From contig JBAZKN010000001.1 in the NCBI GenBank assembly GCA_041650755.1, forward strand, positions 4,387 through 68,386: 64,000 nucleotides of DNA. The letters are read 5' to 3'. This DNA is from Patescibacteria group bacterium. Lineage in GTDB: Bacteria > Patescibacteriota > Patescibacteriia > UBA1558 > GWA2-36-10. Position numbers and translations under genes: made by a program. A model generated the notes under the pieces. That model was not told the origin of the DNA and made no database searches. It saw nothing but the letters and a program-made list of their open reading frames with translations. Positions 10,483 through 19,580 of the stretch are shown one piece after another (the stretch's first letter is position 1; the number at the start of each line of letters is the position of its first letter).

Positions 10483-11229
10483 ATGAGAACAATTTATATT
10501 TTATGGCTACGCCAACTTAAGCGTTATGTGCGCTCTCGATCAAGGATGATAGGCTCATTAGCCCAACCTTTACTTTTTTTAGTTTCGCTAGGCTATGGTT
10601 TTGGAGCGGTTTTTCAAAAAGCTGGCGAAGGTAGCTATATCAATTTTTTGGCACCTGGCATCATTGGCATGAGCATTATTTTTACTTCTATTTTTTCTGG
10701 CATGGAAATTATCTGGGATAGACAATTTGGTTTTTTGAAAGAAACTTTGGTGGCGCCAGTGCCTAGGTTTCATATTATGATCGGGCGCACTTTGGGCGGG
10801 GCAACAGTGGCCGCTTTGCAGGGCGTCATAGTCTTTTTGGTTTCTCTGTTGGCCGGCTTTCATCCGGCTAATTGGTATCTGCTTTTACCGGCTATACTGA
10901 TGATATTTTTAATTGCTTTATTGTTTACAGCCCTGGGAATATTGATTGCCTCTCGACTTGATGATATTCAAGGTTTTCAGCTGATCATCAATTTTTTAGT
11001 TATGCCCTTATTTTTCTTATCGGGTGCGCTTTTTCCGCTCAAAGACGTCCCTCAAGTTCTAGCAACTATTGCCCGTTTTAATCCTTTGGCTTATGGTATT
11101 GATGCTTTGCGGGAATTACTTATCAACGTCCAACATTTCGGCCTAAGTTTGGATATATTAGTATTGTCAATAGTGACTTTATTGTTTTTATCACTCGGCA
11201 GCTATTTTTTCTCTAAAATTGAGATTTAA
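10483..11229 (+). CDS. ABC-2 type transporter permease (DrrB-like)
   Basis: Six TM helices, PLFFLSGALFP and NPLAY motifs; coupled to the upstream ATPase. Confidence 0.9.
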   Translation: MRTIYILWLRQLKRYVRSRSRMIGSLAQPLLFLVSLGYGFGAVFQKAGEGSYINFLAPGIIGMSIIFTSIFSGMEIIWDRQFGFLKETLVAPVPRFHIMIGRTLGGATVAALQGVIVFLVSLLAGFHPANWYLLLPAILMIFLIALLFTALGILIASRLDDIQGFQLIINFLVMPLFFLSGALFPLKDVPQVLATIARFNPLAYGIDALRELLINVQHFGLSLDILVLSIVTLLFLSLGSYFFSKIEI

Positions 11230-11249
11230 ATTTTTACGCCAAATAAACA

Positions 11250-11277
11250 TTGACAGTTTGTTTATTTTTGTTAAGAT
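11250..11277 (+). promoter_or_regulatory. Sigma70-type promoter
   Basis: TTGACA-N16-TAAGAT with a TG extension. Confidence 0.6.
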
Positions 11278-11323
11278 GTCAATGGTTTTTTGACGTGGCT
11301 CTTTCGCGTGAAGGGAGGCAGAT

Positions 11324-11467
11324 ATGGAGACCAGTCCATCGCCGTCAAGGCCGAAACTGACCGGCTGGCGCCTGTATTGGCATTGCTTCTGGGGATTACT
11401 AGTCTTCCTGTTACTGTTCGGCGTCGCGTTCGTGATCTTGTTCCCGAGTCTGTTCTTCCACGAATGA
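11324..11467 (+). CDS. 47-aa single-TM small protein (GC-rich, SD-led)
   Basis: GGGAGG SD before the ATG; METSPSPSRPKLTGWRLYWHCFWGLLVFLLLFGVAFVILFPSLFFHE*; has its own promoter and terminator. Not in the ORF track. Confidence 0.7.
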   Translation: METSPSPSRPKLTGWRLYWHCFWGLLVFLLLFGVAFVILFPSLFFHE

Positions 11468-11468
11468 T

Positions 11469-11497
11469 CCACCGCTGGTTCGAGGCGGTGGTTTTTT
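11469..11497 (+). terminator. Rho-independent terminator
   Basis: ccaccgc...gcggtgg stem followed by T6. Confidence 0.75.
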
Positions 11498-11584
11498 ATT
11501 TGACGAAAACCGGGTAAAAACCTATACTAACAGTATAAGATACAGCAAGTTTTGGTTAGATAATTTTGTCATAATTTCAATATT

Positions 11585-11782
11585 ATGCTACAGAATTCGA
11601 AAACTTGCCCACACTGCAGGCAGACTGTGCCGTATCAGGCAAAATATTGCTCTAATTGCGGCGCCAAGTTTATTGCCCCTACGCCAGACATACTATTGAA
11701 GAGCACACCGCCAGCACCCAAGATCAGTACGGATGAAGCTAAAAAACTTGAAGATGAATCTGACCGCTTTCAAGTGGGCTAA
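11585..11782 (+). CDS. Zinc-ribbon small protein
   Basis: CPHC...CSNCG motif. Confidence 0.7.
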   Translation: MLQNSKTCPHCRQTVPYQAKYCSNCGAKFIAPTPDILLKSTPPAPKISTDEAKKLEDESDRFQVG

Positions 11783-11913
11783 GAACCAAAAAAACTTTTC
11801 AGCTAGCTAAACCAGATTTTACCGGCCGTGTTATTGACTGCTCAATTTTTCCCTCAAAATATAATTAAAGTTGATTTTTTATTTTTACAGCTAATTATTA
11901 ATTTTATAAAAAT

Positions 11914-12654
11914 ATGCAATTAGATAAGAAAGTAGCTATTGTCACCGGCGCTTCATCTGGCATCGGCTTGGCAATTGCAGAAAAGTTCTTAAGCGAAGGT
12001 GCCAAAGTAGTCTTGGCTGACATTTCTGATGCCGGCCAGGCAGCCGCTAAAAAATATGGCGATCAAGCCATATTTGTTAAGTGCGACGTGTCAAAATCTT
12101 CAGAAGTCGATGCTTTGCTTAAAGCGGCTCTGGATAAATTTGGCACTTTAGACATCATGATAAATAATGCTGGTATTGCCACCTCGGGCAGTGCCAGTGA
12201 TACGACTGATGAGGTTTGGCATAAGACTATAGAAATAAATTTGTCCGGAGTTTTTTATGGTACTAGGGCAGCGGCCAAAGTAATGCTAAAAAACAAGACA
12301 GCCGGCTCTATTATCAACATGGCTTCTATAGCTGGTTTGGTGGGATTTCAGGGTTCTTTAGCTTATTGCGCCTCCAAAGGGGGCATTATCCAATTGACCA
12401 GAGCGGCCGCGCTTGATTTAGCAGCCGCCCATATCAGGGTCAATGCGATTGCTCCGGGCGTGATTACCACCAATATGACCAAAGATTATTTGGCTGATCC
12501 TGGCTTTCAGAAAATGGTGCAGGCCATGACACCTTTAGGCCATGTTGGCGAAGTGAAAAATATTGCCGATGCTGCTTTGTATTTATCATCAGAAATGTCC
12601 TCATATGTTACGGGCCAGGTTTTGGCTGTTGATGGTGGCTGGGTAGCCAAATAA
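11914..12654 (+). CDS. Short-chain dehydrogenase/reductase (FabG-like SDR)
   Basis: TGASSGIG, NNAG and YCASK motifs. Confidence 0.92.
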   Translation: MQLDKKVAIVTGASSGIGLAIAEKFLSEGAKVVLADISDAGQAAAKKYGDQAIFVKCDVSKSSEVDALLKAALDKFGTLDIMINNAGIATSGSASDTTDEVWHKTIEINLSGVFYGTRAAAKVMLKNKTAGSIINMASIAGLVGFQGSLAYCASKGGIIQLTRAAALDLAAAHIRVNAIAPGVITTNMTKDYLADPGFQKMVQAMTPLGHVGEVKNIADAALYLSSEMSSYVTGQVLAVDGGWVAK

Positions 12655-12727
12655 ATTGTAACAGCAATACATAATCAGTGTATATTATATTAGTTGAGTA
12701 ATCTTAATTAATATAAAATAAAAAATT

Positions 12728-13228
12728 ATGAAAAAATTTGCAATTTTTTTAAGCGTTTTTGCCCTTTTGGCTTTTGTGGGTGGCGCAGTCTTGGCTGAGA
12801 ATCGTGGCAATAATCCGCCAAAGAAAGAGGAAAATAAATTTAATTGGCAGCAGTTTAGGGTTTCCACTTCCACCATTCCTCTATATGCCACCACTACGCC
12901 AGCAGAAAATTTGGCTTGCCTGCAGGCTACAGTAGCTACTCGTGAGGCCAGTATAGATACGGCTTATGATACCATGTCAGCCGCTATTAAATCAGCCTTA
13001 GCCACACGTAAGACCGAGCTTAATACTGCTTGGGGTATAGTTGTCAATAAAGACAGGCGAACAGCCATTAAAGCTGCCTGGACAAAATTTAATAAGGCAA
13101 ACCGCGATGCTCGCAGCGTCTATAAAACAGCAGTCAGGGCTGCTTGGAAGAAATTTAATACTGATTCCAAGAGTTGCAATGTACCCTGGCGTCTGTACGA
13201 AGCCCAAGGCACAGATGTAAGTTTATAA
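12728..13228 (+). CDS. Secreted helical hypothetical protein
   Basis: Signal peptide ending AVLA; helical Ala/Lys-rich repeats. Confidence 0.75.
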   Translation: MKKFAIFLSVFALLAFVGGAVLAENRGNNPPKKEENKFNWQQFRVSTSTIPLYATTTPAENLACLQATVATREASIDTAYDTMSAAIKSALATRKTELNTAWGIVVNKDRRTAIKAAWTKFNKANRDARSVYKTAVRAAWKKFNTDSKSCNVPWRLYEAQGTDVSL

Positions 13229-13236
13229 ATATAATT

Positions 13237-13266
13237 CAAAATGCCTCCCTTGTCGGAGGTGTTTTG
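13237..13266 (+). terminator. Hairpin terminator
   Basis: caaaatgcctcc...ggaggtgttttg. Confidence 0.55.
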
Positions 13267-13306
13267 AATATGTTAAAATTAAAATCTAAGTATTAAATAA
13301 AGTATT

Positions 13307-13906
13307 ATGTCTAGGCACGAAATACCACAAGGTCCTAAACCGACAGATGTTTGGTTGGACCAATATTCTATACTATTAAAACAATTGGAAGCAGACCCCA
13401 ACAATGCTACTTTATTGGCCCAAAAAGCAGACATGGAAAAAGCCATGAAGGCCTCCCAGGCAATTGATATTGATAGTACGTTGGATTCTTTGAATACAAG
13501 CCGAGCTTCTACTACTGGAGAAATGGCCACTCCAGAATTGACCGCAGATCGACCATATAGTGATCAGAGAAATCAAGAAATTTGGGACAAACAATTAAAG
13601 AAATTTTCCGATGATTCATCTGGAAGCATCAGTACTTGGTTTATGTCTTTAGGTGATAGTATCAGAGAATATAAGGAAGATATAGAAAAATTGATAGTAG
13701 TTTTTGGAAAAACTAAACAAGATTATTATAGGGGGCAAGTAGCTGATTTGGATCGCGCATTAAAGGAATTGCTGGATCAAAGAAAGCCAGATAGTAGTTT
13801 AGCGGTACTGAAGAGGGTAAAGAATGAATCTCTGGAATTATTTAGAGAATATATGGCATTGCATTATTCCTGCGGTAATGATGCTACTAAAAAAAGTCGG
13901 ATATAA
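13307..13906 (+). CDS. Hypothetical protein
   Basis: 199-aa ORF with an AT-rich leader and a downstream hairpin (13924-13952). Confidence 0.65.
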   Translation: MSRHEIPQGPKPTDVWLDQYSILLKQLEADPNNATLLAQKADMEKAMKASQAIDIDSTLDSLNTSRASTTGEMATPELTADRPYSDQRNQEIWDKQLKKFSDDSSGSISTWFMSLGDSIREYKEDIEKLIVVFGKTKQDYYRGQVADLDRALKELLDQRKPDSSLAVLKRVKNESLELFREYMALHYSCGNDATKKSRI

Positions 13907-13962
13907 AAATTTTATTAGAATTTAAAACACCCATTCAAAAAATGGGTGTTTTTGGTTAGCTA

Positions 13963-13991
13963 TTGACATTAAATAACTTTTGTGTTACAGT
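13963..13991 (+). promoter_or_regulatory. Sigma70-type promoter
   Basis: TTGACA-N17-TACAGT with a TG extension. Confidence 0.65.
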
Positions 13992-13997
13992 ACTCAA

Positions 13998-14384
13998 TTA
14001 GTAGTACATTCGGAGGGCTCCCTTAAGGGACCATGAAGCCAAAGGCAGCTCTCTGCCCAAGCTACTTGGGTCTTTTTGACCCTCCTTGACTCTTGTAGCC
14101 CAGGGCCATGGTTTGATGGTCCGAAAGCTGCAAGACCTGGCGTATCGCCAGGTTAATTTGGCTTGGGGGTGGGTCCCAAGTCAATGGCGTGGCCTTCCCG
14201 GCCGTAAGTGGGAAGTGCGCCTGGTACAGCGTCAGCGCTGCTCTCGGAGCTCCCAAGAGACCTCTGGGGCAGTTGCACAGCGGTTATAGGATGCCGCAAA
14301 GGACGCCCTGGCCAAAAGGGTGGCGTCATACCCGAGGCGGTGGGTTTGTCATCATCAAGCTGATGCTGACACCCACCGTTTTTT
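13998..14384 (+). ncRNA. Candidate structured ncRNA (~390 nt hairpin array), family unknown
   Basis: GC-rich, roughly ten consecutive stems between a promoter and an intrinsic terminator (14336-14384); no credible ORF. Confidence 0.55.
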
Positions 14385-14421
14385 CATTATGGCAAAATAT
14401 GGTAAAATATATACACCATAA

Positions 14422-15438
<1,017 letters not shown>

Positions 15439-15441
15439 GCT

Positions 15442-16416
15442 ATGGCTGAAATAATAGAAAAATTAAAAGCAGCTAATCTGCTTGGCCGTGGTGGGGCCTC
15501 GTTTCCTACTTGGCAAAAGTGGGAAATTGTCAAAAACTGTAAAGCTGATAAAAAATATATTGTTGCCAACGGCTCCGAAGGCGAGCCAGCCACCTTCAAA
15601 GATGGTTATATTTTGGAGCATTATCCCGCGGATTTGATCAATGGATTAAAAATAGCCTTAGACATCATAGATCATGCCGAGGCTTTTATTTTTTTGAATA
15701 AAAAATATTATGAGCAATACAAGAGTCGGCTAGAGAGCTTGATCGGCGATTTGCCTATCAAAGTTTTTAAGGAAAGCGGCGGCTATTTATCCGGCGAAGA
15801 GACCATGGTTTGTCAGGAAATTGAAAAAGGATTATTGCGGCCGCGACAAAAGCCGCCCTTTACTGCTCAAGTTGGTATTTTTGGCAAGCCCACTTTGATC
15901 AATAATATTGAAACCTTTTATTATGTGGCCAAAATAGCCCAAGACGATTATAAACAAACTAGGTTTTATTCTATCTCTGGTCATGTCAAGCACCCCGGGG
16001 TTTATGAATTACCGGTAGCTTATGATATCAACAAAGTTTTATTGGAAAGTGATAATTGGCCGGTGGGAGATTTTTTTGTGCAAGCGGGCGGCGGAGCTAG
16101 CGGCGAGATATTGTTGCCGCAGGAGCTGCATGTTCCTACACCAGGCGGCGGAGTGATAGTAGTTTATGACCGCAAAAAAACTGATCCATATAAACTATTA
16201 GTTCAGTGGGCAGACTTTTTCATTGCCGAAAATTGTGACAAATGTACGCCCTGCCGAGAAGGCATTTATCGCCTACGAGAAATGTTTAGAAAAAGAAAGA
16301 TAGATAAGGGAGTACTGGATGACATGATTTTCGTTTTAGAAAATACCAGTTTTTGTCCTTTGGGTAAGATGGCTGCTTTGCCCTGCAAATCTTTGATCAA
16401 GAAATTATCTTTATGA
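15442..16416 (+). CDS. Compact NuoF/HydB-like FMN/NADH-binding subunit
   Basis: GRGGASFP, EGEPATFKD, YLSGEET and NNIET motifs; CDKCTPCREG...C 4Fe-4S motif. Confidence 0.88.
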   Translation: MAEIIEKLKAANLLGRGGASFPTWQKWEIVKNCKADKKYIVANGSEGEPATFKDGYILEHYPADLINGLKIALDIIDHAEAFIFLNKKYYEQYKSRLESLIGDLPIKVFKESGGYLSGEETMVCQEIEKGLLRPRQKPPFTAQVGIFGKPTLINNIETFYYVAKIAQDDYKQTRFYSISGHVKHPGVYELPVAYDINKVLLESDNWPVGDFFVQAGGGASGEILLPQELHVPTPGGGVIVVYDRKKTDPYKLLVQWADFFIAENCDKCTPCREGIYRLREMFRKRKIDKGVLDDMIFVLENTSFCPLGKMAALPCKSLIKKLSL

Positions 16417-18146
16417 ATAAAACTACAGACACTATCAAAATTACTATTGATGGTCTGGCCTTGACTGCTCAAAAAGGCGAGACTATTTTGTCTGTTGCTC
16501 AAAAAAATAAAATTTACATTCCTGCTCTTTGTCATCACCCGGATGTCAAAATTCAAGCTAGTTGCCGCTTGTGCAGTGTAGAGATAAAAGGTAGGCCAGG
16601 GCTGGTGACAGCTTGCTCTACTGAAGTCGTTGACGGCATGGAGATTGTGACTGATTCGCCTTCCATCAGATTATCTAGGCTAGTAAATCTACAGCTGATT
16701 TTCACGGAACATTGTGAAGAATGCAATGATTGCATCTTAAAACGCAATTGCTTAATCAAAGATTTAGCCCAAAAATATCAAGTGCCAATTACCCGTTTTG
16801 TTGACAGAAAACAGGGTTTTCCGGTGCACGAGTTTGGTAAAAGCTTGATTTTTCAAAGCTCAAAATGTATAGACTGCGGGCTGTGCGTAGACGTTTGCCA
16901 TCAAGAAGGAGTAGACTTTTTGGAATATAAAAAAGTAGGTGATTTTTGGCAAGTCTGCCCTTCGGCAGATAAAAACAAAGACTGTATTTATTGCGGACAA
17001 TGCTTGGTCCATTGTCCGGTGGGTGCTTTTGAGGCAGTGGGAGAGTTTGAAGATATAGCCAAACCTTTGCAGGAAAAAAATAAGATTGTGGTTTTTCAAT
17101 TCGCTCCGTCAATTCGGGCGGCCATCGGTGAAGAGTTTGATTTACCGCACGGTACTATAGTCACCGGCCAATTGGTGGCCGGCATTCATCGTTTGGGCAT
17201 CAAATATGTTTTTGATGTCAGTGTTGGTGCGGATGTGACTACTATGGAAGAAGCTAGTGAGCTGGTTGAGCGTATTAAAAATGGAGGCCGACTGCCTATG
17301 TTTACGGCCTGTTGTCCGGCTTGGGTAAAATACGTAGAATTTTTTACTCCCGAATTAGTGCCAAATATGACTACCGTGCGCTCACCGCAGATTATCATGG
17401 GCGGACTCATCAAGACATATTGGGCCAAAAAGCAAAAAATCAATCCCAAGGATATAGTAGTGGTGTCAGTCATGCCTTGTGTGGCCAAAAAATATGAAAA
17501 AGAAAAGCCAGAGCTTAAAATCAATGGTTTAAAACCAGTTGATTATGTTATGACCACCAGAGAGTTGGCTTGGCTGTTCAAGGCCAATAATATTGATTTA
17601 AAGAATTTACCATCTGAAGAGGCTGATCCGGCTTTGGGCATACCGACTGGTGCGGGGGTGATTTATGGTGCTTCTGGCGGAGTGATGGAATCAGCCTTGC
17701 GCACGGCTTATTACAAATTGACTGGTCAGCATTTGCGGCAGCTTGATTTTAAAGAAGTCAGGGGCTTGCAAGGTTTCAAGCGGGCAGCTATAAAAATTGG
17801 CGATAGAACTTTACGCGTAGCCGTAGTCAATCAATTGACCAATGGCCAGAAAATAATCGAAGAGCTCAAAAAAAATCCCCAAAGCTATGATTATGTCGAG
17901 GTGATGGCCTGTCCAGGTGGCTGTATTGGTGGTGGTGGGCAACCGGTGCCAGTCAACACCGAGATCAGGCGCAAGCGGGCAGAGTCTTTGTATAGAATTG
18001 ATGCTAAAAAAGAAATTCGAGCCGCCGAAGATAGTGATATAGTAAAGACCATCTATGGCGAGTTTATGAATGACAAGCAAAACGCCGAGAAAGTGGCTCA
18101 TACCAAATATCGTCGCAGAAATAAAGAAGTTTACCCAGTTAAATAG
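16413..18146 (+). CDS. hydA: [FeFe]-hydrogenase group A catalytic subunit
   Basis: H-cluster motifs TACCPAW, MPCVAKKYE and EVMACPGGCIGGGGQP; N-terminal 2Fe-2S, His-ligated 4Fe-4S and two further 4Fe-4S motifs. Confidence 0.93.
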   Translation: MNKTTDTIKITIDGLALTAQKGETILSVAQKNKIYIPALCHHPDVKIQASCRLCSVEIKGRPGLVTACSTEVVDGMEIVTDSPSIRLSRLVNLQLIFTEHCEECNDCILKRNCLIKDLAQKYQVPITRFVDRKQGFPVHEFGKSLIFQSSKCIDCGLCVDVCHQEGVDFLEYKKVGDFWQVCPSADKNKDCIYCGQCLVHCPVGAFEAVGEFEDIAKPLQEKNKIVVFQFAPSIRAAIGEEFDLPHGTIVTGQLVAGIHRLGIKYVFDVSVGADVTTMEEASELVERIKNGGRLPMFTACCPAWVKYVEFFTPELVPNMTTVRSPQIIMGGLIKTYWAKKQKINPKDIVVVSVMPCVAKKYEKEKPELKINGLKPVDYVMTTRELAWLFKANNIDLKNLPSEEADPALGIPTGAGVIYGASGGVMESALRTAYYKLTGQHLRQLDFKEVRGLQGFKRAAIKIGDRTLRVAVVNQLTNGQKIIEELKKNPQSYDYVEVMACPGGCIGGGGQPVPVNTEIRRKRAESLYRIDAKKEIRAAEDSDIVKTIYGEFMNDKQNAEKVAHTKYRRRNKEVYPVK

Positions 18147-18224
18147 ATTCAAATTAATTTTATTAATTTGAATTTAGAATTTAAGCCCTGCTTAAATTCT
18201 ATTTAACGGGGTAAATCCTAAAAG

Positions 18225-18749
18225 ATGAAATATATGGCTGAAGCAGAAGCCGAAGTGCAAGACAGAGCGAAAACAAATAGTTTGGCTATTTGGTTGGCCA
18301 TCATGGGTCTTGCCTTGATAGTACCTTTATTTCCTTTACAACAGGTGACCGGGCCGATTATCAATGCTTTGCTTTTTATTGCCGTAGTTATTTTAGGTTT
18401 GCGGCAGGCATTGGTTATTTGTTTTGTGCCAAGCTTGATGGCTCTGTCAGCCGGCCTATTGTTGCCAATTTTAGCCCCTATAGTGCCATTTATTATGGTC
18501 AGTAATGTGATATTGGTGGTGACTTTTAATTATTTGTGGAGGATAAATTTTGCTTGGGGCGTTGTAATAGCCAGCCTATTAAAATTTATTTTCATTTGGA
18601 GCACTACTTCAGCCACGGCTAATTTATTTATAAAAAATCAAATCGCTATCAAAACAGTGGCCAACATGATGAGTTGGCCGCAGCTAGTCAGTGCTTTGGC
18701 CGGCGGTGTATTAGCCTATGGCTTTTTGAAATTTATAAAAAGAATTTGA
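18225..18749 (+). CDS. ECF transporter S-component-like membrane protein
   Basis: About six TM helices, QQVTGPIINALL motif; downstream of hydA. Confidence 0.65.
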   Translation: MKYMAEAEAEVQDRAKTNSLAIWLAIMGLALIVPLFPLQQVTGPIINALLFIAVVILGLRQALVICFVPSLMALSAGLLLPILAPIVPFIMVSNVILVVTFNYLWRINFAWGVVIASLLKFIFIWSTTSATANLFIKNQIAIKTVANMMSWPQLVSALAGGVLAYGFLKFIKRI

Positions 18750-18753
18750 GTAT

Positions 18754-18866
18754 TTTTACCCCGTCAAGAAATCACTAGATATTATATTGGGGCAAAATCC
18801 AGTGGTCGGATATAAATTTTGCACATCACTCGTAAAATTGTCGAGTGATTTTTTGACGGGATAAAA
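18754..18866. repeat. Long imperfect inverted repeat (ACCCCGT family)
   Basis: ttttaccccgtcaagaaatcact ... agtgattttttgacgggataaaa. Confidence 0.65.
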
Positions 18867-18901
18867 AAGCCGCCGAAAGCAAGTCGATACTGCTTGGCGG
18901 C
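18862..18901 (-). terminator. Rho-independent terminator for the minus-strand gene pair
   Basis: On the minus strand gccgccaagca...tgctttcggcggc followed by T6. Confidence 0.7.
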
Positions 18902-19108
18902 CTAGAGCGGAGTGGCGCGGCGGATGATGATCATCTGACCGGCTGTTTCGATGTTGTAGCCATCGATGGCTGGTAAGTCCATTGGCTTTGATAGCCGTAG
19001 ACTGATCTGGCCATCTTGATCGAGTTTACCGATCAGGTGGTGGATGACCTGTGGTGAGTATCCGTAAGACCTAAGAAACGGGACCACTGGGTGGTCGGGA
19101 CCCATCAT
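18902..19108 (-). CDS. GC-rich small hypothetical protein
   Basis: GGGGGTGAT SD-like sequence; similar to the upstream 109-aa ORF. Confidence 0.65.
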   Translation of the reverse strand: MMGPDHPVVPFLRSYGYSPQVIHHLIGKLDQDGQISLRLSKPMDLPAIDGYNIETAGQMIIIRRATPL

Positions 19109-19120
19109 AGGATCACCCCC

Positions 19121-19450
19121 TTAACGTCGTCCGACAACGACAGTCATGGCTTGACCAAGGTGGTCGCGGATTACGTAATCACCCAGCATGATCTCGGGTA
19201 GCGTAATAGCGACTTCACTCTCCTCATAGTTTGGCACTAGCGTGCCGTTTCGAGTAGGTCGTTGCTCAATGACCACAGTCATAATTGAGCCATCGGCCGG
19301 GCGCATCAGGCAATCAGATAGACGAATCTCCGGCAGCTCAATAGTAGCCGCACCATTTTCGTAAATCTGATCAATGATGGCCCTGATCCATGATTGTTCC
19401 CAGCCGCACTGTTGCAAGGTCACCAACAGGACGGTGTCATATAGGTGCAT
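19121..19450 (-). CDS. GC-rich small hypothetical protein with internal repeat
   Basis: AAGGAGTGGAG SD; repeated LPEIxL...MTVV motif; promoter TTGACC-N17-TTTAAT at about 19526-19498. Confidence 0.7.
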   Translation of the reverse strand: MHLYDTVLLVTLQQCGWEQSWIRAIIDQIYENGAATIELPEIRLSDCLMRPADGSIMTVVIEQRPTRNGTLVPNYEESEVAITLPEIMLGDYVIRDHLGQAMTVVVGRR

Positions 19451-19580
19451 ACTCCACTCCTTTGGCTGAAGTATAGAAGGACAAAGAGGACGTTAATATT
19501 AAAACATCAAATTTGTTTTGGGTCAAATGACTTGAAAAAAAAGCCAATTTTAGGTATTATTTACGTATAAAATAATTATT

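Noticed and set aside
11290-11517. 75-aa TTG-start ORF
   Set aside because: It runs through the terminator; the SD-led 47-aa frame (11324-11467) fits the promoter and terminator better.
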